Made by a program: the position numbers and the translations under genes. A stretch of DNA of 64,000 nucleotides from Phoronis australis (Eukaryota > Animalia > Phoronida). The notes below the pieces were generated by a model that had not been told where the DNA came from, made no database searches, and was given only the letters and a program-made list of their open reading frames with translations. How positions within the stretch are numbered: position 1 is the first letter of the stretch; every line of letters begins with the position of its first letter. Shown piece after piece: positions 12,159 to 23,800 of this stretch. Location: assembly GCA_002633005.1 (NCBI GenBank), contig NMRA01000004.1:811846-875845 (forward strand), given 5' to 3'.

Positions 12159-14590
12159 GTACGTAGAATGGTCAGCGTCTTGGTGTTTGTAACCGTACTA
12201 TTTAACTGAGACGTGTCTGAAGGAATTATGACCTCAACCTACTATTACGGAAGTGACACCATCAAAATAGTAGCGTGCATAGGCGGAATGAAGTGGTGGC
12301 GGTGGAACGGGGGACATCCACTATAAATTTCTATGAATAAACATTTTGAAATCATGACTGATTTGAAGCTGAATTTAGCATATTATTAAGTTTCTATTTT
12401 ATGTTTCACTTTTTTACTTTTCTTGGTACTAGGGGGCCCATGCAGTTAAGTAGAGAGACGGGCGTCCCGTCAAAATTGTCCCAGGCATCACCAAACATGC
12501 TGCACTCTAGTGCTTAAAGGGTTCACTCTCCAGGAAGCTTCATTGATTAGCTCCATGTACGAGTTGTTAGCATAAATTATTTCTTTCTGACTTATACGAA
12601 ACATGGTGACGTAATTAAGAAATGATGGCTGACCCCTTTATAAGAAGACGGCTTGTTGGATAGATAGTTACACTTGTATCACATGGAGGCAATCAACTGA
12701 AGGTATTAATTATACCCAATCAACTGAAGGAGCATCAAAGTGTGAACGCAATGGTCACTTTGTATCTTATTACACACACAACCTTGGCTAACGAAAGCAG
12801 ATAGGTCGTTTTCTGATAAGCTTCTAGCATTTGCAATGCAAGTCAAGGATTTACTGAGCAGGAATAGAGAAGAGTGATTGCAAGATATGAAAGCAGGTGG
12901 TAACTGAATATACACGCAGTAATACAGCTCCGAAAAGTGAAAATAAATTCGCGCTCATGAGGCCAATTTTTTCTAGTATCTTTAGTGATTTAGGATAGAT
13001 ACGGGGCATTCCTGTTGCTGACCTAAGTCACCCTATGAGATCGCCGACGACAATCCAAGTCTCTTGTATGCCTATATTGTATCTCCAATGGCGTATCGCC
13101 TGTAGCCGCCAACAAAGTTTCACGCAGTTTAGTCGCGTAAATAGAGTTTTTCTTCATAGTCAGTTGTGCTATGCAGTAGTTAACCAGAGCAGCTAATCGA
13201 TCGTCTCACTACTGTACACCGCAAAGGAACTATAATAGTATCCACGGCACCTACATGTAATTGACTCAAGCAACCTGGCAGCCTGAATGAGGCTTGTGAA
13301 AGAGTCGATAAATTTTGATGAACTGGAAGACGCTGAACAGTGTCTACGTCCCTGTATGCAATGATTAATCCCTCGCTGCTTTCTGTAGGGGACATGACGG
13401 CGTTCTGTCGTTCAGCAACTTTTCCAGACGTGAGGGGTTCTGAACGTGCGATAACATCTGGCTCCTTTGTTAACTGCCCAGCACAGTCTTTTGTCCCGTA
13501 TGACAACAGGCCAATTATCTCCCGGGCTTCAAAGGGTTACTGAAACCCGGCAGAATAGATTGTCTTAACTTCTGTTGTAGTTGGGCGATTTTGGTGATTC
13601 AAAAACTAAACATGATCAACATTTGACAAGGAGTTCAGAAATGCTATTGGTTTATGTTCAAATATGTTATAACTTAACTTTCATTTTTAGCAGCACAGCC
13701 CAGTCAGGCTAGATATAATCTGATCGGAGATTAAAACAATTATCGAACAAAAGAGAGCCGGTCCTCCAACCATAAATGCCAGAATGGAGTTAACCAGTCG
13801 TGTAAGACATTGGTTACAGGGGTGATCTTCCCCACTTGTTGTTGGGCTATGGAATCGAACAAGTTGGGAGCAACGGGAAAACGCCGTAATGGATATTTCT
13901 GGTGTAGTATTACCAGGGATACTTTGAAACATCTACCTGTATAGTTGTTATAGTAAGCTTCCGTGTGACTTCTGTCTTATATACCTCGATTTTGTGGAAT
14001 ATACGTGTACCAACAGTAACTATGGTAGGGCGTGGTATAACTTTGTTTGCCGGAACTATCCGTTGAATACCACTGACGTTGATGCCGTTTGGTCGCAGCA
14101 GAACATCTATAGTGTCAAACTCTGAGTATTTTGACCTAGTGTTGGAAAAGAAAATTCAATCCCTGTAGCTATGTTATTTAGAGCGGCTAAGATGTTGTTA
14201 GACTCTCGTTGAGCTTGAGTGAGCACAGTAGGTTAAAACAACTAGACAAAATTAACATTTGGAAACGTTTCATTCGGCAAAGTCTCCCCGAACAAAACTG
14301 TAACTACATGTAAATATCACCTTCTTTTCTACTGATCTCTGTTATTGACTACTGTACATGTATATATCGGCATGTGTCGATACAACCACTTTGACGAAAT
14401 CGTGACAACATACTCTGTAAACCTGTTCACAAGTAAGCAATTGACCCATCGTCAGGATTACGACTGACGACTTAACTGACCAATCAGAATGCAGCATTCT
14501 TGACACACCTTCGTCTGCGTTTCCAAGCCGCCAATACGTTGTCGTGTAAAGCTTATTTTAGTCTATAGCTCAAGAAATTGTGTGATAAAA

Positions 14591-14700
14591 ATGGTGAAAC
14601 GGTGTATGGCGTGTGTAATTCCCGACAGCCGTTATGCAGCTCGAGAAAAATATCTCGTCACTTTTTGGGCATCTCCTAAGCCGAAAAGTGATGTAGAACG
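14591..14700 (+). mobile_element. THAP-domain remnant of a DNA transposon
   Basis: MVKRCMACVIPDSRYAAREKYLVTFWASPKPKSDVER resembles the invertebrate transposon THAP start MVKRC..G.CNSDSRY....V.F.PFPKPK. Confidence 0.5.
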
Positions 14701-14739
14701 GTTAAACTATGACTTCCTAAAACCGCTCTGAGGTGGTGG

Positions 14740-14972
14740 CGCATTACTACTATTATTAAAATCTCTTGGTCTATTTACACCGACCTCTAGTCTATATACA
14801 CTGTCACGACGTTTCGGTCGGTCTCTTCTCCGGCCATCGTCACGTGTTCCCGCCTTCTTAGAAGAACGAGCACATATACGTGGTACACTCATGGTGTGAT
14901 TATTTGTGCGAGTCAGGATTTGAACCCACGACTTCAATTCGAGTCCAGCACTTAACCACTACACCACCGTGC
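14740..14972 (-). mobile_element. tRNA-derived SINE with hammerhead-like motif and (TAA/TAG)n tail
   Basis: Minus strand: gcacggTGGTGTAGTGGttaa (A box)...ggGTTCAAATCc (B box)...cac-GTGACGA-t-ggccgg-agaagaga-ccgacc-GAAA-cg-TC-gtg...aataatagtagtaat. Confidence 0.7.
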
Positions 14973-15033
14973 TGGAAAGATATTCGGCACACTTTTGCGG
15001 AGTATGGCAGCTTTTATTTTGGAAACTACTGCA

Positions 15034-15965
15034 CTAGCGGCGGATCTAGGATGTCACAAGGGGGGGCCTAACATTTTGTCTGTAAGCATTTGCGCAAATC
15101 ACGATTGTAGATGCGCATAGCACCGAATGGGTGAAGATCGCCAAGGAAATTTTTCTGTTTTTCCCTCTAAAAATCAAGCATTTTCCTTTATTACTGAAGT
15201 ATTATCTAAGAAAAAAAAAAACGGAGAACATGACAAACAAGGAAAACCGCAAATACCACAGACTCGAACTCGCGACCTCGTGGATAAAGCGCGCTTGCTT
15301 TACCACTACACCACGACGACTATACAGGAACTCCTAACTTGATACTAAGAGACCTACATGTTTATGGTCCACAGCGTTTGTGCACGAAACCTACTTCTTT
15401 TTGTAAAGCTTATTACACGTTTTATATTTTGTGCAATCGGTTCGTAAAAAAATTGTTGTATTTAAAATAGTCTTCAATTGTCCAAAAGACCAAATCCGTT
15501 TTTCGTGTTGCCAATAATGACGGGATTGCTTTGGAAATAGAGAGAATTATGAGTTTCTGAGTGATTTACTAAGGCTTCGATTAAAATTCACATCTTACCA
15601 GCAGTTTCTGTTTTCTCATCGTCACCCAGCTTCCATTTTCTTTAACAAATGAAGTAAGTTTCTTCATTGCACAGTGGAGCAGACGACGGAAACGGAGTCG
15701 TAGTGCGCAGCGCCACTGCCGGTCGCCTGGTACGTGTATGTCGCGAGAGAGCCTTTACTTAGCCATACATGTAGTTCCGTTGACACTTGAAATTGGATCT
15801 GACCCCCCCCCCCCCTCCCCCAACACTAAAACTGCACACATTTAAAGCTTGTTTCATCCGTACAATTTTAATTAACGGGGTTAATTAATAAACTCAACAT
15901 TTCCCCACGCTCTTACTTTTTTGCGGGAGCCAAAGGGGGGGGGGGGAGGGCCAGGCCCGCCTATG
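15034..15965. mobile_element. ~0.9-kb non-autonomous DNA element (hAT-like terminus); inverted copy at 40480-41216
   Basis: Long collinear match to the reverse complement of 40480-41216 (e.g. gcggatctaggat, ccgtttttcgtgttgccaataatgacgggattgc). Contains a tRNA-like SINE head at ~15255-15322 (-) absent from the other copy. Confidence 0.85.
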
Positions 15966-16201
15966 TGCACAAACTAACAACCAAACAGTATTTATGTGTT
16001 CTGTGCCACCTTAATAAATGCAGAAATGAGCACCAGTTTAACTAACTTCATTTCCCCAAATAAGGAAACCGGACTGTATTTTAGTTGATAACCTGCAGCA
16101 ATTGTACAATTTGAAAAATTATCAATTAGTTGTATCTCATCCTCAAAAAATGAATTTGCGTTTTTCTTTAAATTACTGATTCGAACGTGTTTACTTTTCA
16201 G

Positions 16202-16253
16202 AGCATGGAGGTGAGCGACCACTATCCAATTGTGCTTCAACTTGCCGGGACAG
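16202..16253 (+). CDS. DNase I-like exon with catalytic SDHYP (His252-equivalent)
   Basis: ttttcag|AGC ATG GAG GTG AGC GAC CAC TAT CCA...ACA G|gtgatg = SMEVSDHYPIVLQLAGT; unspliced read-through stops at 16273. Confidence 0.9.
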
Positions 16254-16608
16254 GTGATGTTCATTTAATTTAAATACAAAATTACTGTTGGGGTATCTGA
16301 TTCTGAATTTAGATGAATTTTTTCCTTAAAAACGCACTTAAAAGTAACAGTTGAAGAATCTTTACCATGAGCTAAAAAATTGCGCTGTCAATGGGTATTA
16401 TCTTTGACTTGTGAAAGGTGCATTATTTTGTCGCGACGTCTTAGCCGTGACAGATTAAAAACTAGTGGATAAGAAAGTAATTAACTACAGAAATTTCATT
16501 TTAATTCAACTGTCTGTAATGTGTATAGCCAATATGCAGGGTTATTACTGTGGGCGAAGTTCAGGTGTTTTCCGCTATATCACTTCTAAAAGTCATGCTA
16601 CGGCTGTC

Positions 16609-17198
16609 CCTTCATGGTTCCCCACGTGCCTAGCCAGTATCATGCAGTGGCACGCGCTTTGGCATCGGTTGATGTAACCTCAGCAGTCATTGGTTAGCTT
16701 TATAACACTTGAATAAATGGCGGACTGTGAATGATTTTTAGCCTTATCATGCAAGTGGCGTCGCAGCAACTATTTCGTTCCTTCAGTGATGTTTTATAGC
16801 CGCGCGCTTGAAGCACATACATTTACAATAAACATATATCTGGTTGATTTAACCGGTGTGCTATTCATACTGTATGAATACAAGACATTATCGTAAACAC
16901 AAGTCATCGACAGTAGAAAGATGCATTCCGAAAAGGCGTAACCACAATTTCTAGGATTCACATTTCCTGAACATAAATTTTAAGCACCTATTTGTCTGTA
17001 CAATAGACCTCATTTACACTTCAGCCCATCAGTCATGCCAAAGTATATATGATGCCAGATTGTTTGTGTAAAGCGCTGCCTGTTGAGAATTCGACAAGCC
17101 AACTAGAAACAACGGTGTAAAAAAATTCCCGAAGAAATTTAAGTGATACCTGTGTGCTGGCTTCTGACCACCTAGCGGCACGCAGGTAACCAGGGAGT
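16609..17198. mobile_element. ~590-bp MITE with TIRs and 7-9-bp TSD (Mutator-like); direct copy at 60578-61180
   Basis: TIR actc(c/g)ctggttccctgcgtgc / gcacgcaggtaaccagggagt; ggctgtc(c) duplicated at 16602 and 17199; near-continuous identity with 60578-61180. Confidence 0.85.
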
Positions 17199-17454
17199 GG
17201 CTGTCCCTGTGGTATATATACATGTACATGTACTGTATGTGTGCAAAGGCCACTGACTTACATGTACGAGATTTAACTTGTTTGGACTACAGTATCGGAT
17301 AGGTTACGGTGCCTTGGTGGTTGATCACTGAATGCGCTACAGTTGCGGCTGGGTTTGCCACGGGAAGCCTCGGTCGCTTCCAATTTCCATAGGCAGTAGA
17401 TCAACGTGCTAAGTTTTGACAGCGTAAATGGAAGGGATTTTATATTCATTGCAG

Positions 17455-17873
17455 CTAACAACTCTCTTCAGAGGAGCTTAGTTACGTCCACAGAATACTC
17501 TGTTGGGAGCAAACTACCTGTCAGTAATATCGCTAGTATCAGAGCCATCTATCGGAAGCCTAAGGGTGGATTCGAAGTAGAGGTGTTACAGAGAAACTCC
17601 GGTGGTATGCTCTACGTCATTGCCACCAAGCGCAACCTGCTGCTGGAGAACATCCTCTCGTCTTTAAAGCTCTTTAGTCATTACTATCCCGATGTTCTCG
17701 ACAAGCTCACAACAGATGGCGTTCGCGCTTATGTGTGGGCGGAAGTGATGAAGCCTTCGCATGTTTACGGGCTAAATATTCAGGATACAGGGCTTTACAA
17801 TCTCGAAATTCACTGCAGGTTGAAAGATCCGCTCATTTGCAAAGTCACTGTTGCTCTTCAGACAAGTACCTAG
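17455..17873 (+). CDS. Putative terminal exon of the DNase I-like gene: ~139-aa C-terminal domain of unknown family
   Basis: ttcattgcag|CT AAC; phase-1 join to exon 16253 (G|CT = Ala) puts the long open frame ANNSLQRS...VTVALQTST* in frame. Confidence 0.7.
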
Positions 17874-20800
17874 AGCTGATAGAAGTAAAGGCCTACATTT
17901 TCAGCCTTCAACCTTTACAGAGAATGTAAAATAGTTCACAAAAATGGTCCACAATAAGTGCTGAATAATATTCTTAGACTCATTTAATATCATAAGGACT
18001 ATGATTCAGTTGGATTAGTTCAAGGAAACTTTTGTGCAAACAACTATTTTATTGTTTCATATGTTAACATTTTCCCATTATAACAAAAAGCAAGATTAAC
18101 GGTCGGGTCTTGCTGGAAACATTCAAACTTATTTAGCTGTAAGCTGTCCTTAAAAATAACATTAAAACAAATTTTGTAAAGCAAAAATACAATATTATTC
18201 GTAGATGATACTTAATGTGAAAATGTGATCGCAACAACTAGGTGATCCAGGTACGTAACTATTGCGATATCCGGCTAGTCGCTAATTGAGGACGTTCTTA
18301 AAAATATTATGTAACTGTCGATCGCAAATAATAAATACCGTTACTGCAATTCCGGCGTTTTATTTTGAGTTTGTATTGAAACATTCAACCGTAAGCTGAA
18401 ATTGCGCCCCCGGTTTTGCACTGAGTCTCATTAAAATCAGAATCTTCAATCTTTTAATGACCAAGATTCCTCTTTCCAAAGAGCGGTAAACTTCAATTCA
18501 GATACAACTGCTCACTTGAATCCCCAACTAAAAGCGCCGCCTATCAAAAGCAGTCAATTCGCGGGTTACCTCTACGATTTTGCTGATGAACCGGAATAGT
18601 TCATCTCAGGAAACTTGCCAGGCAGCTACATACAGCTTTTAATTTTTCATTAGTATTGTGACTTTGTATTCCATTATTTTGTTTCCAATAGAATTTTATC
18701 TGTACATGTATAGTAAGATACAGTAAAATACAGACATCTAAACCTTTTAAAAAACTGAGTGAGACAATTAGGCATATCGTGATTAACTTGTTCGACCGCG
18801 GGTTAGCAGCCTAAGCTTTCGAAAACTAGGTCACTTGCACAATGCATTTTTCTACCTTCGCAACAGAGGGGGGTTGAATTCGAAATGTAGGAAACTGAGT
18901 AGCGTTCTGTAGGTCCTTGAACTAGGGAACTGTTCATGGAAGGAAATGACCGATTACGACTTGAGACTGTGGCAGTATGCACTTGTTTAGCGATACGTAT
19001 TTTTCATTCTTGCAGTATAATGACCGTAATTCATGACACAATCGATATTTGCCTTGCTTTATTTTTCGATTCTTTAGAATTTACAAACACTTATATTTCT
19101 CCAAGGGAACTCTTTAAATTTGCCATGTAAATTGCCTGTTATATCGATTTTATGTTAAAAAGTATGTCTTCCATACGATACGCAAATAGATTGATAAATC
19201 CATATCTGTCCGACAAGCACGAGGAGGGTAGACATTTAATGGGAAAGCTGATATCCCTCACACACCTCGTAAATGCGAAAAAGACTTTAATTGGCATCAC
19301 TCACTTTTCATGCAGTTTTAAAATCCAGGACTTTGGCAGTACGAATTCACTGTCTACAAGTTCGCTGCACTTGTTTGCGTTGTGTTGTTCACCTGGGTTC
19401 GGTAGCTGTCGCGCGTCAAGAAAAATCTAATAGACTAAATCAGTTGCTCTCATTGAAAATACACGGCAATATATCGTGTAATCTGACAAAGTAATGTTTT
19501 CTAGCGAGACCCTGGCAAGGCCCTATCATTATTTAACTATATCCTGTTCTTCTGGCTTGCGGTAGCCGTAAACGACAATTTTAATTCCGTGCCCTCTCAG
19601 TTAGATTGGGCACCGGTTGCCGGAGCTGGGATCTTGCCAAATACCGAAAAATACCGACAGAGTATGGAAATTAAAAATATTTGGGTCCAAAATCGATATT
19701 TCTAAAGCTGAATATCGGGATTGATTTAACATATTCAGGTTTTTCCCAAGTGAGACGACAAAACCTGCGAAAGTCGAACTTTGTTCAAATTGAAGTCACT
19801 ACCTCGTTCTGAATGTGTGCAAATTCATATCATGCGACATGTATTCTCAAAGCCATGCTCTGGTAATTTCTGTTAGCAATACTCAAAGTGCAAATATAAC
19901 ACGTTTCGGCAGACAATTGAAAGCACCTGCGTGACTTTCCTCCTTAATAATTAAAGGAATGGCACGCGTGCTTTGTACCGGTACACTGGTAAGAAGGCCC
20001 ACTCAACCTACCAAAGGACACGACAAAAACACCTCTAATAGGATATTTTGAGTGGTTGTATGTGTGGTTGATCCTCATTGTGATATCTTACATCAGCTGG
20101 TGGGTTTAATGATAGTTTCTGCATCCAGTCCCCAAGAGTATCAGTGCGTCTCAACCGCGAGTTAGATTAAGTCCTAGCAGAGACTAGACGATTTCGATAT
20201 ATTCTGGCCTCGCGATTGGTCACAAAAATGGCGTCGAGTAACTAAGCGACGAAGGCTGGTCCTAACAAGGCCACACTGTGATCGCCTCTCCACAATAAGT
20301 CTGTGGCTTTTACCTTTAACGAAGCTCGCCCGGTAACCAGAAAGACAACACGGTCATACTTAAACGCCCTCCGCGTATACTGCATGGGTGTTCCTTCAAA
20401 ATTTAACGAGCATCACCGTTGCAAACCTTATTCTACAGACCATGCACTTGTTTCCATGTCATACTGCTCATACATGTAACTTGAGATAATGAGAACTTTT
20501 ATAATAATAACAAAACAGCAGACAGTGTTTAATGTATCCCCATAGTGTCTATGTATTCGAAACTAAACACCCCTGTCGAGTTAGTCAACTCCCATGCCTT
20601 TTCCAAATAAGGGAGTCAACACAGTGAGAAACCTGACTGCATTATAATTTACACGACGCCGACTGCATGGTTGTGGCCGGAGCGAGGCCAATCGTGAAAC
20701 GGCTCACCAAGAACTGCCAAGTATACTTGTGGAAATTGGCATTTCGTGAGTACGCACAAAAACTAGGTTGGCAAAGAGCCATTTTTGGTCGAGATTAAAA

Positions 20801-23800
20801 TCATTGAAACTAAAGGTAGTTAGCCAGTATTGAATATGCCGCCAATAACAGATTCACTTATATGCATAAGTGGATGCAACAATAAGTTGCTAAGTGTTCG
20901 TTCGTATTGGATATTGGTTGGATTTGAGAACGGTGGTCACCAAATCAAGTTAAAAAAACTCTGTTTTCGTAACTTAATGTTTTCGAATCAATATATTCAC
21001 TGTCTCTTCTCTTTTACCCGCCGAAGGGACGTCACGCACCACCTTTGAGCACATACAGTGTATCTGCCCCCTGGTGGGCCAATTTAGGTTATTGTTGCCC
21101 CAATTTACATGTGGGACATAATGAGCGTCCCGGACTGCCAGTCGTCTAACGCGCTTTGTCCATGATCCTCGACTGCGTTTCTTAGACCCAGGACTCGTGA
21201 GAACGCAAGATGATGCAAGACTTCATGAGACTTTGGCATGCATTACAACCGAAATACGCGGCACCGTACACTCGCTTTTCTAGCGTTTTTCTTAGGTTTA
21301 CGGAATGCAATCCTGGATCTGTGCCTCGCGCAAGAAGTTCTAGCGCTGACAATCGCTTGCATCTTTTAATGTACCTACATGTACATGTATGTAATCCCGT
21401 ACACTGTTGCATAGCGTGTGCCTGTATGCACCACATTAAGGTTGTTTGCGTAAGAATTTGCAGTTTTGGACGAAATAACCTTGTTTGTCTCCAAAAACGT
21501 CATAATTCGCAATATTTGCTAACAGTTCATCAAATCTAGCACGACATCGTTCTTGTCCAAATTGATTAAGTTGTGTGATATCTTTGTCATCAATCGATCA
21601 TCTTTCTGTCGTCAATAATTCATCGTTCCCTGAAGTCCTTGGCATCAAAAATTACAACAGATGATTTTTGTCAGAAGGCTTTAATAATAATGATTAGCCT
21701 AGTCGCTTTTAATCAAACGTTTCACCACGCAGCTTACGTAAATGTGTGGCGCGTTATTGCAGAAACATGTATGAGTGTCTGCGACTTGTTGGGAAGGTCA
21801 GCACTTGAATTTACTTCAATAGGCGGTAACTGACAGTGCAGCTTGGCTTGTGCGAGGTAATGGTAGGTAGAAATTTTGTTTTGTATAATCCTTAAACCTA
21901 AAACGTTTTCAAAGTAACTACCTAGTAACACATGTTCGTTGTCATATGGACAGGACAGTTGTGTATTCATGAATTTAATAATGACAGTGGCGAAGTGACC
22001 GGCAAACGGGCATTTGGACAGGTCGAAAACCTTAGGTGAACGCCGGGGTGGGAAGTGGCGACCCGCTTGCTGAAAAGGTAACAACGATGGACACAGAACT
22101 TCCTAGAACAGTTCATTAATGAAATGTTTGCATTACAAGTTTTCACGTTGTTCTACAAGTACATGTTTGCACACATGTCGGAATTTCTCACACCTCGAAC
22201 GTTGCGTCGCCAGCGGTCCTGACTAGAACAGACCTATAACACTGCTGTACAGTGTATGTACTAAAATCGCCTCGCGTTGTGACTCATTGGAATTAGGCTT
22301 TGCAGATGCTTTCGGCTTCAAAAAAGCCCATGGTGTAACTGTTAGTGCGATAATGACGTTTTTACGATATTAAAACTCTTTCCGGGAAATAACCTTTTCG
22401 ATAAACAGCCGTTTGCTAACCTCTCATTGTAAACGAGCACGGTGAAATTTGGAGTTGGAATAGAAGCGTGTTCATTTCTTTGAGGATATTTTTAGAGGTA
22501 ACGGAGGAGAGAAACGCAGGGCAAATTTTTTCTGCACTTTGCCGTGATTAACCCAAGATTATAGTAGTCATTCCTATTCAGACCAGCTCTTCGATTCCTG
22601 AGGTCACCTCTGTCCTAGTAAAACCATGATTACAGAGGGTTATAGTGGCGTACGGCCCTGTAGACAGGACTTAAGAAGCTCAAAGCCAACGTAATGGTAT
22701 GTTGCTACGCGGCGGTTGGTTTACCCGAATGAAAAGTTGTTGTAGGCATGATCCGCATTACACTGAAAATAATAATGAGTGCTGCCTTCACTGTGCATGG
22801 AGACCATTCGGAACTCGTCGGGTATTTTTGTAGGTGTGCATGTGCAAAATTCAACCATTACAACAAGGAGATTTGATCAAGAGACCAAGAGACAACTAAA
22901 ATAGCTTTGAACAGCCTAACGGATGTCAAAAGGCGTATTCGACAGTCATTGTCAATCTTTGGTCTGTCATCTGACGTGCGAGTACTGTTAACTCTTGTTC
23001 ATATCTATTATCACTGTTTCATTTGACGGCATTCTCCAGAGAGAGTCACGTGGCTTCCTTTACTGAATGTTGTTTTGTACCTCACCTTACATGGAATGAA
23101 GGTCGCAAATGTGCAAATATAAAACAGTTCCGACGAATAATTTGAGGGTACGGATATTCCTGATGTGTTCAGGTTGATAGTTGACATGTACTACTGTATG
23201 GTAATCTACTGGCTGCTCGTTCAGGCTTGAGTCCATGATTGTACCCGCCTACGGGATACAGACGAAAGGGGCTTCCGTCTGACCCTTTACATTTCGGTAG
23301 TTCTAGTTAGTCCGGCAAGAATTAACCTGCTTTAGATTACGAAACTGTGAAACAAGCTTAATTAAAGAAAGGATGAACCAGCACTTTCTGCACCATTTTT
23401 TTTTCATTTACGACAGTTACTGTTATTAATCTGATGTAGTCTTGTTTCCTACACAGATTAGACATGATTTTTGTCTTTAAAATGCTGACTGTTCGTTCTA
23501 CTAATTGAACAAAGCTCATCAACTTCCTTGATTGAATCTATTTTTGAAAAGTTATCTAAAACGCATCTGCGTCAATGCACCTTTGTTCACATTCTCTCAT
23601 AAATAATTCCTTCTCTTGACTGACCCACACAATGCCAAACGTTGTCCTGTACATCCAGGTTTTAACATGAACATCCCAGCTTTCGCGGTATTCTTTCAGC
23701 AAAGTCATATTTTATCTCATAACATGTGTGGATTAGAAGTTTGTCTGAACATCTAGCGGAAAATCCTGGGTACGATTCCCCTGTTGCGACTGAGATTTTT

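Larger units (their letters stand above)
5925..17873 (+). pseudogene. Deoxyribonuclease I-like (DNASE1 family) gene with N- and C-terminal extensions; probably inactivated
   Basis: Phase-consistent exons 5925-6085, 8038-8269, 9677-~9785, 9819-9899, 10640-10859, 11317-11471, 12062-12158, 16202-16253, 17455-17873. DNase I motifs: LGVFNIQVYG, SRLGR..SKEQYA..YR, DVFERPPF, FHASP, GDLNADCNY, DTTV..TDCTYDR, SDHYPI. In-frame TAA at 9727 and no YD..L.QE.RD exon. Confidence 0.85.

Noticed and set aside
14905-15322. Two tRNA-like sequences on the minus strand
   Set aside because: A and B boxes are present but there is no acceptor or anticodon stem; treated as SINE heads, not tRNA genes.
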